The translations under genes were made by a program, and so were the position numbers. The notes under the pieces were generated by a model. It was not told the DNA's origin, did not search any database, and was given only the letters and a program-made list of their open reading frames with translations. From an uncultured Synergistaceae bacterium (lineage in GTDB: Bacteria; Synergistota; Synergistia; Synergistales; Aminobacteriaceae), in assembly GCA_964630155.1 (NCBI GenBank), contig CAZVUT010000001.1:34515-98514 (forward strand): 64,000 nt of DNA, written 5' to 3'. Each line of letters starts with the position of its first letter. The stretch's first letter is position 1. Shown here piece by piece: positions 29,623 to 39,114 of this stretch.

Positions 29623-30548
29623 TTGAACCCCTGCGCAGAGGGTTTCGCGATCTCCTGAAGGTGTATTCTGCAAACGATCTCGTTTTCGATTACGATCTTA
29701 AAAATTGTAATACAATGGGGATCAATTGTAATGCACAGCTTTTTCTACGGCCGAAATCCATAGAAGCGTTTTCGTTTTTACAGACCGTGCGCTCCAAATG
29801 GGATTTCCCCGTATTCGTTATTGGCGCGGGGAGTAATGTACTCTTCACGAATGATGTTTTGCCGGGATGTGTAGTTTCTACGGCAGGAATCCATTCAGCG
29901 GCATGGATACAGCATTCCGATGGCTATGACGTTATTGCGCAAGCGGGATATCCGATAAAGGCTCTTGTCCATGAGATGATTTCGAGAGATCTGGAAGGAG
30001 CAGAATTTCTTGTTGGCATTCCGGGTTCTGTCGGCGGTGCGATTATTGGAAACGCAGGAGCCCAAGGAAGAGGAATAGGAGATATCGTAACATGGGTCGA
30101 GGTTGTCGAGTCGACCGGCGAACGTACGGTTTACCAGAGGGAGTCTATTTCGTGGGGTTATAGGTATTGCAGTTTGAATTCCGACCAAAAAATCGTAGTC
30201 TCGAGTTGTTTGCACCTTCGTTCTGTAGATACCCGAGACGAAGCCAGAATGAATTGTTTGCGTTACTGGAAGCTTCGTTCAAACCAGCCCTTTCTTAGCG
30301 AGCGGAGCGCAGGTTGTATATTTAAAAATCCTGAAGGCGAGAGTGCAGGAAGGCTTCTTGATATTTCGGGATGTAAAGGACTGGAACATGGAGATGCATA
30401 TATTTCGCGAAAACATGCGAATTTTATAATAAATAGGGGAAATGCCACGTGTTACGACGTGATTTATTTAATAAATCAATGTCGGGAAATAGTTAAAAAA
30501 AATACCAATGTTGATCTTAATCTAGAGGTAAAATTTCTAGGTGTCTGA
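29604..30548 (+). CDS. murB: UDP-N-acetylenolpyruvoylglucosamine reductase MurB
   Basis: It has the FAD-binding PCMH-type domain (VIGAGSNVLF, GIPGSVGGAIIGNAGA) and the C-terminal motif AGCIFKNP. It starts at TTG. Confidence 0.85.
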   Translation: MSSASIIEPLRRGFRDLLKVYSANDLVFDYDLKNCNTMGINCNAQLFLRPKSIEAFSFLQTVRSKWDFPVFVIGAGSNVLFTNDVLPGCVVSTAGIHSAAWIQHSDGYDVIAQAGYPIKALVHEMISRDLEGAEFLVGIPGSVGGAIIGNAGAQGRGIGDIVTWVEVVESTGERTVYQRESISWGYRYCSLNSDQKIVVSSCLHLRSVDTRDEARMNCLRYWKLRSNQPFLSERSAGCIFKNPEGESAGRLLDISGCKGLEHGDAYISRKHANFIINRGNATCYDVIYLINQCREIVKKNTNVDLNLEVKFLGV

Positions 30549-30552
30549 TCAG

Positions 30553-31350
30553 ATGAAACGTATAATACGAATAGCAGTTTTGATATTCTCTTTTTTTTCT
30601 GGAGCCTTTTTAGCCATTGAAGAGTATTTTATGTTTTTTTCTATTAAAAGAGTTAGCGTGTTTTCGTCTAATTTTGCAATAGAGGATAAAATTTGGATAG
30701 CAATAGACGGAGATATGTTGCGTTTCGCTCCTGTTATGTTGATGAAGTGGAGTGTTACGCGGCGTATTCTTGAGGAAGAACTTCCGGTATATGTTTCTAT
30801 GGAGTGGACTTGGGGAAAAACAGTCCAGATTCGTGAAAAGCCGCGTATGGTTTGGATGATTCTCTTCTGGCAGGGTGAGAAATGGTATCTGAGTGAGGAC
30901 GGCGGTATGTGGTCTGCGAATCACCCTGTAAATCATTCTGTGCAATTTTCCACGAACTCCCGCGATGTGCCGTGGAATATCGCGGATGCGATACCTTCTC
31001 CTATTCATGGCGTATCTCCAAGGCGCGACCGGGTTTACCGTTCTTCTTTGCCTCTTGATTTTTTGCGTGACTGGCGGAGCGGCTTCAATAGAAGCGCATG
31101 GTATCATTCAGTTGATCAATTGACGCTGGATCGACGAGCGGGCAGGTTTCTTTTCCGTATCACTCTCAAGAAAGACGGACGAATTGCGGATCTTCTTGTC
31201 GACGGTGATGTTCAGTCTCTGAATGAGCGCAATGTCGCCATTGAACACGTCCTTCAGACGATACCGGAAACGAGGAAAAAAAGTATAATAGATGCAACGT
31301 ATCTGGATAAAATCGTTGTGAATTATCTTTCCGACGATCTGCGGCCGTAG
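30553..31350 (+). CDS. ftsQ: FtsQ/DivIB-like cell division protein
   Basis: It has a single N-terminal TM helix (IAVLIFSFFSGAFLAI) and sits between murB and ftsA. Sequence similarity is weak, so the call is mostly positional. GTG 30541 is an alternative start. Confidence 0.5.
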   Translation: MKRIIRIAVLIFSFFSGAFLAIEEYFMFFSIKRVSVFSSNFAIEDKIWIAIDGDMLRFAPVMLMKWSVTRRILEEELPVYVSMEWTWGKTVQIREKPRMVWMILFWQGEKWYLSEDGGMWSANHPVNHSVQFSTNSRDVPWNIADAIPSPIHGVSPRRDRVYRSSLPLDFLRDWRSGFNRSAWYHSVDQLTLDRRAGRFLFRITLKKDGRIADLLVDGDVQSLNERNVAIEHVLQTIPETRKKSIIDATYLDKIVVNYLSDDLRP

Positions 31351-31373
31351 ATTTGAAAGGAGCGGGGAGCCAG

Positions 31374-32684
31374 GTGAACAAAGAACCCGAAATGCTCGTA
31401 GGTCTGGATCTCGGGACAAGTAAGATCGCTGTTGTTGTCGCCGAGAGAGATCCCCGATTCCAGGACGCACAGATAATTGGGATTGGCTACGCTCAGTCAC
31501 AAGGTATCAGGAAGGGACTGATCGTCAATCTGGAACAAGCTGTTCGATCGGTTCGTCTGGCTGTCAAAGACGCCGAAAATATGGTAGGTTTTGAGATCTC
31601 CGATGCTACAGTCGCTTTCAGCGGGATAGACGCAGCGAGCGTTATGTCTCGAGGTATGGTTTCTCTTGGAAGGGCTCCGCGTCAGGTCGAGATATCCGAC
31701 GTAGAACGCGTCATTGAGGCGGCGCAGAGCGAGCTTTCAATACCGCAGAACAGAGTTACGCTGCATACAATACCTGTTAAATATTCTATTGACGGGAACA
31801 CTGGAATTGACGACCCGCTCGGGATGACGGGGATACGACTTGAGATTGAGCTTCAGTCGGTGATTGTTCCAACCACGGTCGTACAGAATATCATTAACTG
31901 TGTCGAAAGTGCAGGCGTCTCCGTTAGCGGCCTGGTCATCAAGCCGCTCGCGAGTTCTCTTGGAGCACTTACGGAAGAAGAAACCAGAGCCGGTGTTATT
32001 TCTTTATGCATCGGCGGAGGGACGACCGGGGTCGCTTTTTTTGCGGACGGACGTCCTGTAAAGCTTGCGATGATCCCAATTGGCGGAGACCATATTACGA
32101 ACGACCTGGCGTATGTGATGAAGATCCCCATCAGCAAGGCGGATGAGATAAAGAAGCATATTTCGCTTGATGAAGAAGATTCAAACGACGAAGATCTGGA
32201 TATGGAAGTTCGAGGAAGAATGAAAAGTTTCAGCATTGCTGAAGCGCGTGAAGTGATAGCATGCCGTTTTGAAGAGTTGTTGACAGAACATGTCGCGCAT
32301 CATATGAGTGAGTTCAATATTCATCTTTTCCCGGCCGGAATAGTCCTTTCGGGAGGCGTTGCGAAAACACTCGGAATAGATCAGCTCGTATCCGATCTTT
32401 TGAGTCTTCCGGTTCGAATCGCAGAGCCGCTCGATGTGTATCAGATGCCTCCTGGAAGGAATGACTCGGAGTATACTTCGGCTGCAGGAATCGTTCGTTA
32501 TATTATGATGAGAGAACGCAACCCGTATCGATTTATCGAAACCCCTGTTTCGCAGTTAAAAGGAGGTTCGGTAACATTTATGCGTACTGGCACAAAAAAC
32601 CAGAAATCTCCGACAGGGCCGAAGGTTCCTGTATTTAAGAATATTTTTGAGAAACTAATGGAGACAGTGAAAGAGCTCTTTTAA
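31374..32684 (+). CDS. ftsA: Cell division protein FtsA
   Basis: It has the actin-like ATPase motifs GLDLGTSKIAVVV and GGGTTGVA, and a C-terminal amphipathic tail. The start is uncertain. GTG 31374 lies 4 nt after GGGGAG. The alternatives are TTG 31353 and ATG 31392. Confidence 0.9.
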   Translation: MNKEPEMLVGLDLGTSKIAVVVAERDPRFQDAQIIGIGYAQSQGIRKGLIVNLEQAVRSVRLAVKDAENMVGFEISDATVAFSGIDAASVMSRGMVSLGRAPRQVEISDVERVIEAAQSELSIPQNRVTLHTIPVKYSIDGNTGIDDPLGMTGIRLEIELQSVIVPTTVVQNIINCVESAGVSVSGLVIKPLASSLGALTEEETRAGVISLCIGGGTTGVAFFADGRPVKLAMIPIGGDHITNDLAYVMKIPISKADEIKKHISLDEEDSNDEDLDMEVRGRMKSFSIAEAREVIACRFEELLTEHVAHHMSEFNIHLFPAGIVLSGGVAKTLGIDQLVSDLLSLPVRIAEPLDVYQMPPGRNDSEYTSAAGIVRYIMMRERNPYRFIETPVSQLKGGSVTFMRTGTKNQKSPTGPKVPVFKNIFEKLMETVKELF

Positions 32685-32717
32685 GAGATTCGTTACTAAT
32701 GTCGGGGGGAACCGGAG

Positions 32718-33860
32718 ATGGAGCAAGTTTTCCAGATGAGCGATTCATCCAGACCGCGTCGTGAAGAGATCAAAGTTATAGGTATTGGCGGCGGCGGCGG
32801 AAACGCTCTCAACCATATTATCCGAAGCGGCGTTGATGGAGTCCATTTTATTGCGGCGAATACCGACATTGCTGCCCTAAGCCTTTCTGAGGCTAAAACA
32901 AGGATTGTGCTCGGGAAGGATGGAACGCGAGGACACGGTGCAGGAGCGGACCCGGAGGTTGGGGCCAGCGCGGCGAAAGAATCCATAGACGAGATTAAGG
33001 CTGCTGTAAGCGGCGCGGATATGGTTTTTCTGACGGCGGGAATGGGCGGCGGAACAGGTACTGGAGCTTCGCCGATTATTGCGGAGGTTTCAAAATCCGC
33101 CGGAGCATTGGTTGTGGCTGTTGTTACGACTCCGTTCTTCTTCGAGCAGAATCAGAGAAATGAACAAGCCCGGAAAGGCATCGCCGTTCTCAAGGAAAAA
33201 GTCGATGCGTTGCTCGTCGTCGAAAATGACAAACTTTTGTCAATCGCCGACAAGAATCTTTCCTTGATTGATTCTTTCAAAATGGCGGATGAGGTTCTCA
33301 GGCAAGCCGTACAAGGGGTGACGGATCTTATCCTTAAGCCCGGACTCATCAATGTGGATTTTGCTGACGTGAAAACCGTAATGATGAAAGCCGGCTCCGC
33401 GATTATGGGAATAGGAGAAGGTCAAGGAGAAAAACGAGCTCAGGAAGCCGCTGAAGCGGCATTGAAGAGTCCTTTGATGTCGACTCCGATGAAGGGAGCG
33501 AAGGGAGTTCTCTTTAATGTTACAGGCGGGGAAGACGTCAAAATTCTTGAAATACAACAGGCTGCTGAAATTATCCGGAACGTTTCTGATGATGACGCAA
33601 TGGTTATATGGGGACACACTATCGATGCTACGTTGCAGGACAAGATACGAATTACCGTTATCGCCACCGGATTCACAACTGAAAAGGAACGCAAGGGTGG
33701 AAATCTGAGGTCGGGACCAAAAGGGAGATCAAGCGGCGTGATTCTTGAAGAAACAGACGTCCTGACACCGCAGGATGAGGACTTATTTACCGTAAGTGGT
33801 GTCCCAAAGACCCCGTATGATGTCCCGTCCATAATCCGAAAGAGTCAGAAAACACGGTAG
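32718..33860 (+). CDS. ftsZ: Cell division GTPase FtsZ
   Basis: It has IKVIGIGGGGGNA, the tubulin signature GGGTGTGASP, NDKLL, and the C-terminal conserved peptide DVPSIIRK. Confidence 0.97.
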   Translation: MEQVFQMSDSSRPRREEIKVIGIGGGGGNALNHIIRSGVDGVHFIAANTDIAALSLSEAKTRIVLGKDGTRGHGAGADPEVGASAAKESIDEIKAAVSGADMVFLTAGMGGGTGTGASPIIAEVSKSAGALVVAVVTTPFFFEQNQRNEQARKGIAVLKEKVDALLVVENDKLLSIADKNLSLIDSFKMADEVLRQAVQGVTDLILKPGLINVDFADVKTVMMKAGSAIMGIGEGQGEKRAQEAAEAALKSPLMSTPMKGAKGVLFNVTGGEDVKILEIQQAAEIIRNVSDDDAMVIWGHTIDATLQDKIRITVIATGFTTEKERKGGNLRSGPKGRSSGVILEETDVLTPQDEDLFTVSGVPKTPYDVPSIIRKSQKTR

Positions 33861-33947
33861 AAACAAGGGACGGAGAGGATGCGGGGGGAATATACCCTTC
33901 TTTTCTCCGTTCCTCATTTTCTGATTCGCATTTGGAGGCGTTCGTAT

Positions 33948-34712
33948 ATGGCTTTACGAGAAAGTAAACGACATAGGGATAAACGTCCCTTTATGCCTTT
34001 TGGAGATATGATGCTTCCCGTAATCGGTTTTGTTGCAGTCGGCTTGCTTGTTGCGGGAATCAAACTGTTTTTCCTTTCCGGGCCTAAACCAAGAGCGTAC
34101 GAGGCAGTCGCCGTGGCTGAACAGAAAAACAGTGTCGCTCAAGCGCCGACAAAGAGCTTGCAGAACGAAAAGAGCGAGAAAGGAATGCCTGACTCGTCGC
34201 CGAATTCTCTTCTGTCCGCGACGCCTGCCGAAAAGAAGAATTTGATCCTCGCGGTGCCTGCCGTTGACAAAATTAGAAGCGAGAGTGGTTCTACCGTAAA
34301 CGAAGAAGACAACAAGAAAGAATCCGTTTCTCGAAAGAAAGATACGAAAACGTCTTCAAGCAAGAAAATACCTCCGACGAAGCCATTGACTGAAACCAAG
34401 AAACGAACGACAGAATCGAAAGTTACGCCTCAAAATTCTCAAAATACGACGTCAAGTATTCCTGGGAAAGAGACATCATCTTCGAGTTGGGGAATTCAAG
34501 TTGGTTCGTTTACTGAAAAAAATGTTGCTGATTCTGTTATGGATAAGTTAAAAAAGAAAGGATATAACGTTACTATTACAACTGCAGTAGTGCATGAAAA
34601 AAAATATTACCGCGTTATTGTCATAGATGGGAAGGACAGAAATAAAGCCGAAGGCAGAGCTCAGATTTTAACGCGAGAAGGTTATCCAGTCTTAGTTATC
34701 CCTGTTAAATAG
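33948..34712 (+). CDS. SPOR-domain membrane protein
   Basis: It has one TM helix, a K/S/T/P-rich low-complexity linker, and a C-terminal SPOR domain (WGIQVGSFTEKNVADSVMDKLKKKGYNV...YYRVIV). ATG 33948 lies 9 nt after GGAGG. The ORF-track start is 33879. Confidence 0.75.
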   Translation: MALRESKRHRDKRPFMPFGDMMLPVIGFVAVGLLVAGIKLFFLSGPKPRAYEAVAVAEQKNSVAQAPTKSLQNEKSEKGMPDSSPNSLLSATPAEKKNLILAVPAVDKIRSESGSTVNEEDNKKESVSRKKDTKTSSSKKIPPTKPLTETKKRTTESKVTPQNSQNTTSSIPGKETSSSSWGIQVGSFTEKNVADSVMDKLKKKGYNVTITTAVVHEKKYYRVIVIDGKDRNKAEGRAQILTREGYPVLVIPVK

Positions 34713-34784
34713 GGGAAGCGAAATGTTTCTGGAGACAATAACGAAACACGTTTTTTCCCTGCCATGTAACACTGTCGTTGAGTT

Positions 34785-35759
34785 ATGAACGAGCTTATCG
34801 ACTCAGTTGGACGTCGAATTCAATATCTCAGGGTATCCGTAACGGATCGCTGCAACTTTCGATGTCGCTATTGTATGCCTGAAGATGGCGTTGAATGGCT
34901 TCCGCACGATTCAATCATGAGCTATGAAGAAATTTTTGAACTCTGCCGCATTTTCGCGAGGCTGGGATTGAAGAAGGTCCGATTTACGGGCGGCGAACCC
35001 CTTATACGGAAAGGAATGGTCACGTTCCTTTCGAAATTCATATCCGAGCTTCCACTTCTGCGAGTTTCCCTTACTACCAACGGAAGTCTTCTCTTCCCTC
35101 TTGCTGAACCATTGATAGCCAGTGGAATCCAATCGATTAACGTCAGTCTGGATACTCTTTCAAATGAACGTTTTCAGACAATTACTCGAAATGGAGACAT
35201 ATCTCAAGTACTCCGAGGACTTGAAGCCATACGGGGAAAAATAGAGACAATCAAAATCAACACTGTCTTATTTAAGCAGATAAGCGAAGTGGACATAAGA
35301 GAATTATTGACTTATTCTCAAGAAAGACAATTTGTAATTCGCTTTATAGAGTTTATGCCGGCAGATAGAAATGTTTGGAACAAAGAATTGTACGTTTCTT
35401 TTGATGATTTTCTACCAATGCTGCAAAAATGTGGGCATTGGATTCGATTAAATGAAAAACCCGAAAGTTTTTCCGGCCCGGCTGCGTATTATATTGAAGA
35501 AAAAACAGGCCAAAGGGTCGGCGTAATATCTGCAGTCAGTCATAATTTCTGTCATTTATGTAACAGATTACGACTTTCTTCAACGGGGCAACTCTATCCA
35601 TGCCTTTTCAGCTCAAATTCCTGGGATCTTTTGACTCCGCTTCGAAAGAACGACTATTCCACGGTGTTGGATCGCATTTTGCAGGCGGTCAATGCGAAAC
35701 CGAAAGGGAAGTTCTTTTTCGGAGATGCGGGAGTAGCTGTTTCCCGGATAGGGGGATGA
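34785..35759 (+). CDS. moaA: GTP 3',8-cyclase MoaA (radical SAM)
   Basis: The CNFRCRYCMP radical SAM cluster motif is present. A second Cys cluster (CHLCNRLRLSSTGQLYPC) lies near the C-terminus, and the protein ends in GG. Confidence 0.9.
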   Translation: MNELIDSVGRRIQYLRVSVTDRCNFRCRYCMPEDGVEWLPHDSIMSYEEIFELCRIFARLGLKKVRFTGGEPLIRKGMVTFLSKFISELPLLRVSLTTNGSLLFPLAEPLIASGIQSINVSLDTLSNERFQTITRNGDISQVLRGLEAIRGKIETIKINTVLFKQISEVDIRELLTYSQERQFVIRFIEFMPADRNVWNKELYVSFDDFLPMLQKCGHWIRLNEKPESFSGPAAYYIEEKTGQRVGVISAVSHNFCHLCNRLRLSSTGQLYPCLFSSNSWDLLTPLRKNDYSTVLDRILQAVNAKPKGKFFFGDAGVAVSRIGG

Positions 35760-36250
35760 GGTTCATGACAGGCACCCACGTAGACATTTACGGTCACCCG
35801 ATTATGGTTGACGTCACCGACAAAGAAGAGACGATTCGTTCCGCCGAGGCCGAGGGATGGATATTTCTTCCCGCCGCTGTCTTGCGAGAAGTTCTTGAAG
35901 GGAACACGCCAAAGGGTGATGTTTTGAAGGTCGCAGAGATCGCCGGTATTATGGCGACAAAACGAACTCCTGAGTTGATTCCTTTATGCCATCCTATACG
36001 ACTTGATTCCGTCCAGGTGTATTGTGTCGTTTGCGCCGAAAAGAGCGGGATTCATATTGTCTGCCGCGTTCGTGCAAAAGAAGTGACTGGAGTGGAGATG
36101 GAAGCTCTCCAGGGAGTTGCTGAAGCTGCTCTTTGTATTTACGATATGTGTAAGGGAATCGACAAAGGGATGACGATTGAAGGGATTCGATTGCTCAATA
36201 AATCCGGCGGAAAAAGCGGAACGTATGTTCGTGGGGAAGAAGGCGAGTGA
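35756..36250 (+). CDS. moaC: Cyclic pyranopterin monophosphate synthase MoaC
   Basis: MVDVTDKEET, ELIPLCHPI and TGVEMEAL..V..AALCIYDMCK are present. ATG 35756 overlaps the moaA stop as ATGA. The upstream part of ORF 35600.. lies inside moaA. Confidence 0.9.
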   Translation: MRFMTGTHVDIYGHPIMVDVTDKEETIRSAEAEGWIFLPAAVLREVLEGNTPKGDVLKVAEIAGIMATKRTPELIPLCHPIRLDSVQVYCVVCAEKSGIHIVCRVRAKEVTGVEMEALQGVAEAALCIYDMCKGIDKGMTIEGIRLLNKSGGKSGTYVRGEEGE

Positions 36251-36251
36251 C

Positions 36252-37091
36252 GTGAAGGTATTGGCGCTTTATCGCAATGGAAAACGCACCGCCCTCAATA
36301 TAGACTTCCCAGTAGTTGAGAATCGCCCTTCAGAAACGAAGCCGCACAGAGTCTTGCTCGTACCTCCGCTTCCCCTTTCGAATATTCCGGAGGATATTGA
36401 TTCCGTTGTTCTCGAAAATCTTGACGGGATGATGAACGCCATGGAAATTGACGTTTGTTTCAGGCGTTCTTCCGTTTGTCTGACGCCGATAAAATGTTCT
36501 TTATCCCCAAAAGGGTACGTGGCGAACGTCCGAAAAGGAGGAAACATTTCCGTATCAAGCGAATATTACGAAAGGAGACGAATCCCTTGCGGCGTCTTGA
36601 CTGTAAGCGACAAGGGGAGCCGCGGCGAGAGGGAGGATGTTTCCGGCCCCGCCCTTGTCTCCAGGTGCCGCGATGATGGTTTTGAAGTTGTTCGTTACGA
36701 CATCGTGCCGGATGAAGTGACGTTGATCCAGAACGCGGTCCAACGCTGGATTCGTGAGGGAGTCTTGTTGATCTTGACTACGGGAGGAACCGGTTTGTCG
36801 CGGCGGGATGTGACGCCTGAAGCGTTACGTTCGATTTCCGATCTTGAGGTCCCGGGAATAGGCGAAACGATGCGACGTCAATCGTTGCATTTTACCCCGA
36901 TGGCGGCGCTCTCTCGAAGCGGCGCATTCGTGTCCGAAAACTGCCTTATTATTGCATTGCCGGGGAGCGAACGAGGCGCGGTGCAGTCGTATGAGGTAAT
37001 TTCTGCGACGATACGACACGCTGTAGAAATACGGAACGGCTGGACTGACGAATGCGGCGCAAGAATGAATGTCCGCTGCCGCAAGAGGTAG
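36252..37091 (+). CDS. MoaB/MogA-family molybdopterin-binding protein with an N-terminal extension of about 115 aa and unclear identity
   Basis: The C-terminal half has GVLTVSDKGSRGEREDVSGP, TTGGTGLSRRDVTPEA and LPGSERGA. The N-terminal part (KVLALYRNGKRT...ANVRKGGNISV) matches no domain clearly. GTG 36252 follows GGGGAAGAAGG. ATG 36177 and ATG 36225 are alternative starts. Confidence 0.75.
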   Translation: MKVLALYRNGKRTALNIDFPVVENRPSETKPHRVLLVPPLPLSNIPEDIDSVVLENLDGMMNAMEIDVCFRRSSVCLTPIKCSLSPKGYVANVRKGGNISVSSEYYERRRIPCGVLTVSDKGSRGEREDVSGPALVSRCRDDGFEVVRYDIVPDEVTLIQNAVQRWIREGVLLILTTGGTGLSRRDVTPEALRSISDLEVPGIGETMRRQSLHFTPMAALSRSGAFVSENCLIIALPGSERGAVQSYEVISATIRHAVEIRNGWTDECGARMNVRCRKR

Positions 37092-37094
37092 GGT

Positions 37095-37982
37095 ATGGAA
37101 CAAAGAACGCAGGGAGTCGAGAAATGCGTCATAATCACAGGTTTGTCGGGCGCCGGAAAGTCAACGGCTCTGAACATTTTGGAGGATCAGGGATACTATG
37201 CTATAGATAATATCCCTCCCGCTTTGCTTCCACAGCTGCTTGAACTTCTAAAGAATCATCGCGCCGCCATCCGGTCCGGGGTCGCCGCCGTGGTCGACAC
37301 TCGCGGAGAAGCGTTGTTGCAAGACCTTGTGCGAGCAGTCAGCGCATTGCGCCAACAGGGAAAAGACGTAATGGTTCTTTTCCTTGACGCTTCTGACGAT
37401 TCTCTCATCCGTCGTTTTAACATCACGCGCCGCCTTCACCCGATGGCGATGGATGTTTCCATCGGAGAAGGAATACTACGAGAACGATCACAGCTTGTTC
37501 CCGTAAGAGAATCTGCGGATGTTGTTCTGGATACCACCGGACTCTCAATCACCCAATTGCGTCAGAGCGTTATCAGGGAAGTCTGCGAGTACCCGGGAAC
37601 GTCAACCGTCGTCATAACATCTTTCGGCTTTAAATATGGAGTTCCGCAGGATTGCGAAATGCTTTTCGACGTACGCTTCTTACCGAATCCTCACTACATC
37701 CCCGCGTTGAAAGAGAAAACAGGAATGGACGCGACTGTTCAGGAATATCTGTTTTCCTTCGCCGAATCGAGGGATTTCTTATCAAGAACGGAGGACTTTT
37801 TGCGCTTTTTCATTCCGCGGTATCTGTCTGCCGCAAAACCCCGCCTTCATATATGCATCGGTTGCACCGGAGGACGACATCGATCCGTCGCCATCGCACA
37901 GCAGTTGTTTGAATCCGTTTCTTCCCTGGCTTCCGTTGTGACCGTTCGGCATCGTGATCTTGAAATGCCGGGAGGGAAATAG
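37095..37982 (+). CDS. rapZ: RNase adapter / nucleotide-binding protein RapZ (YvcJ)
   Basis: It has the Walker A motif ITGLSGAGKSTALN followed by DNIPP, and the C-terminal motifs FLPNPHY and IGCTGGRHRSV. Confidence 0.9.
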   Translation: MEQRTQGVEKCVIITGLSGAGKSTALNILEDQGYYAIDNIPPALLPQLLELLKNHRAAIRSGVAAVVDTRGEALLQDLVRAVSALRQQGKDVMVLFLDASDDSLIRRFNITRRLHPMAMDVSIGEGILRERSQLVPVRESADVVLDTTGLSITQLRQSVIREVCEYPGTSTVVITSFGFKYGVPQDCEMLFDVRFLPNPHYIPALKEKTGMDATVQEYLFSFAESRDFLSRTEDFLRFFIPRYLSAAKPRLHICIGCTGGRHRSVAIAQQLFESVSSLASVVTVRHRDLEMPGGK

Positions 37983-37983
37983 G

Positions 37984-39108
37984 GTGAGTTGGCAGGTGGC
38001 GTATCTTCTTGGGATTGCAACGGCGGCGCTCATCTTTGCCTATTTGAAGACAAAGGAACGAATCGCCCTAAAAAACCCCGATCGCAGAAAGGCGCCCGAT
38101 GGTCATAAAACGATATCGAATGCGATCGAATATGAACTCGCCATGGGGCCTTTTATCGTCGCGCTTGGCGGCGGAACCGGTTTGTCGACGCTTTTGCGCG
38201 GCCTGAAATCATTCACAAGAAATATTACGGCGATAGTCACCGTGACAGACGAGGGGGGGAGTTCCGGGCGCCTGAAGCAGGAATGGGGCGTCTTGCCGCC
38301 GGGTGATGTACGAAACTGTATCGTCGCGCTTGCCGAAAATGATAACGCGCTGAAAAGATTGCTTGATTTTCGATTCGACAGGGGAGAATTGCAGGGACAT
38401 AGCCTCGGCAATCTTATGTTGTTGGCAGTGACGGAACTCCACGGAGATTTTCGCACCGGCGTTGAGGAGATGAATAATCTTCTGGCGATCAGAGGAAGAG
38501 TCCTGCCTGTAACGACAGAAGTCGTTTCACTTGTCGGCGAAGAAAATGACGGAAGCATCATACGGGGAGAAATCGATATCTCGGCCCGCGGACGATTTCT
38601 TCGAGATATTCGATTGGAACCTGCCGATGTGAACCCTCTTCCTGAAGTGTTACGCGCACTGTCGGATGCGGATATGATCGTTCTTGGGCCTGGAAGTCTT
38701 TTTACGAGCATTATTCCCAACCTGCTCGTCCCGCATGTCGCACGAAAAATCCGCGAATCGTCAGGTCCTGTAGTTTACGTCGCCAATCTCATGACGCAAC
38801 CGAATGAGACCGAAGGAATGTCTCTTCTCGACCATGTCCAATGGATATCGAAAATACTCGGAAAGTGGCCCTTATACGTCATTGTCAACGACAGCCCGAT
38901 CGAGGAGCCGTTGCTTGGGAAATATGGAAGCGAAGGCGCAGTCCCGTTATACCTCTCAGCTGAAGAAGAAACGTTCCTTCAGAATCAGAATTGCAGAGTC
39001 TTTCGGGGACGGTATGTACGGATTCATGAAGGGGTTCTTATTCGACACGACGGACTGGCTCTTTCGGAAACACTCATGAAAATACAAAGAATTTCAAGGA
39101 ACGAATAA
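37984..39108 (+). CDS. yvcK: YvcK/CofD-family gluconeogenesis / cell-shape factor with a predicted N-terminal TM segment
   Basis: VALGGGTGLSTLLRGLK, VTDEGGSSGRL and GPGSLFTSIIPNL are present. GTG 37984 lies about 8 nt after GGGAGGG. ATG 37954 is an alternative start. Confidence 0.85.
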   Translation: MSWQVAYLLGIATAALIFAYLKTKERIALKNPDRRKAPDGHKTISNAIEYELAMGPFIVALGGGTGLSTLLRGLKSFTRNITAIVTVTDEGGSSGRLKQEWGVLPPGDVRNCIVALAENDNALKRLLDFRFDRGELQGHSLGNLMLLAVTELHGDFRTGVEEMNNLLAIRGRVLPVTTEVVSLVGEENDGSIIRGEIDISARGRFLRDIRLEPADVNPLPEVLRALSDADMIVLGPGSLFTSIIPNLLVPHVARKIRESSGPVVYVANLMTQPNETEGMSLLDHVQWISKILGKWPLYVIVNDSPIEEPLLGKYGSEGAVPLYLSAEEETFLQNQNCRVFRGRYVRIHEGVLIRHDGLALSETLMKIQRISRNE

Positions 39109-39114
39109 CGTAAC

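Noticed and set aside
34713-34784. Possible Moco riboswitch upstream of moaA
   Set aside because: The spacer is only 72 nt and lacks the conserved Moco-motif elements. It contains at most a weak hairpin with a T-run (34721-34756), which may terminate the ftsZ/SPOR transcript.
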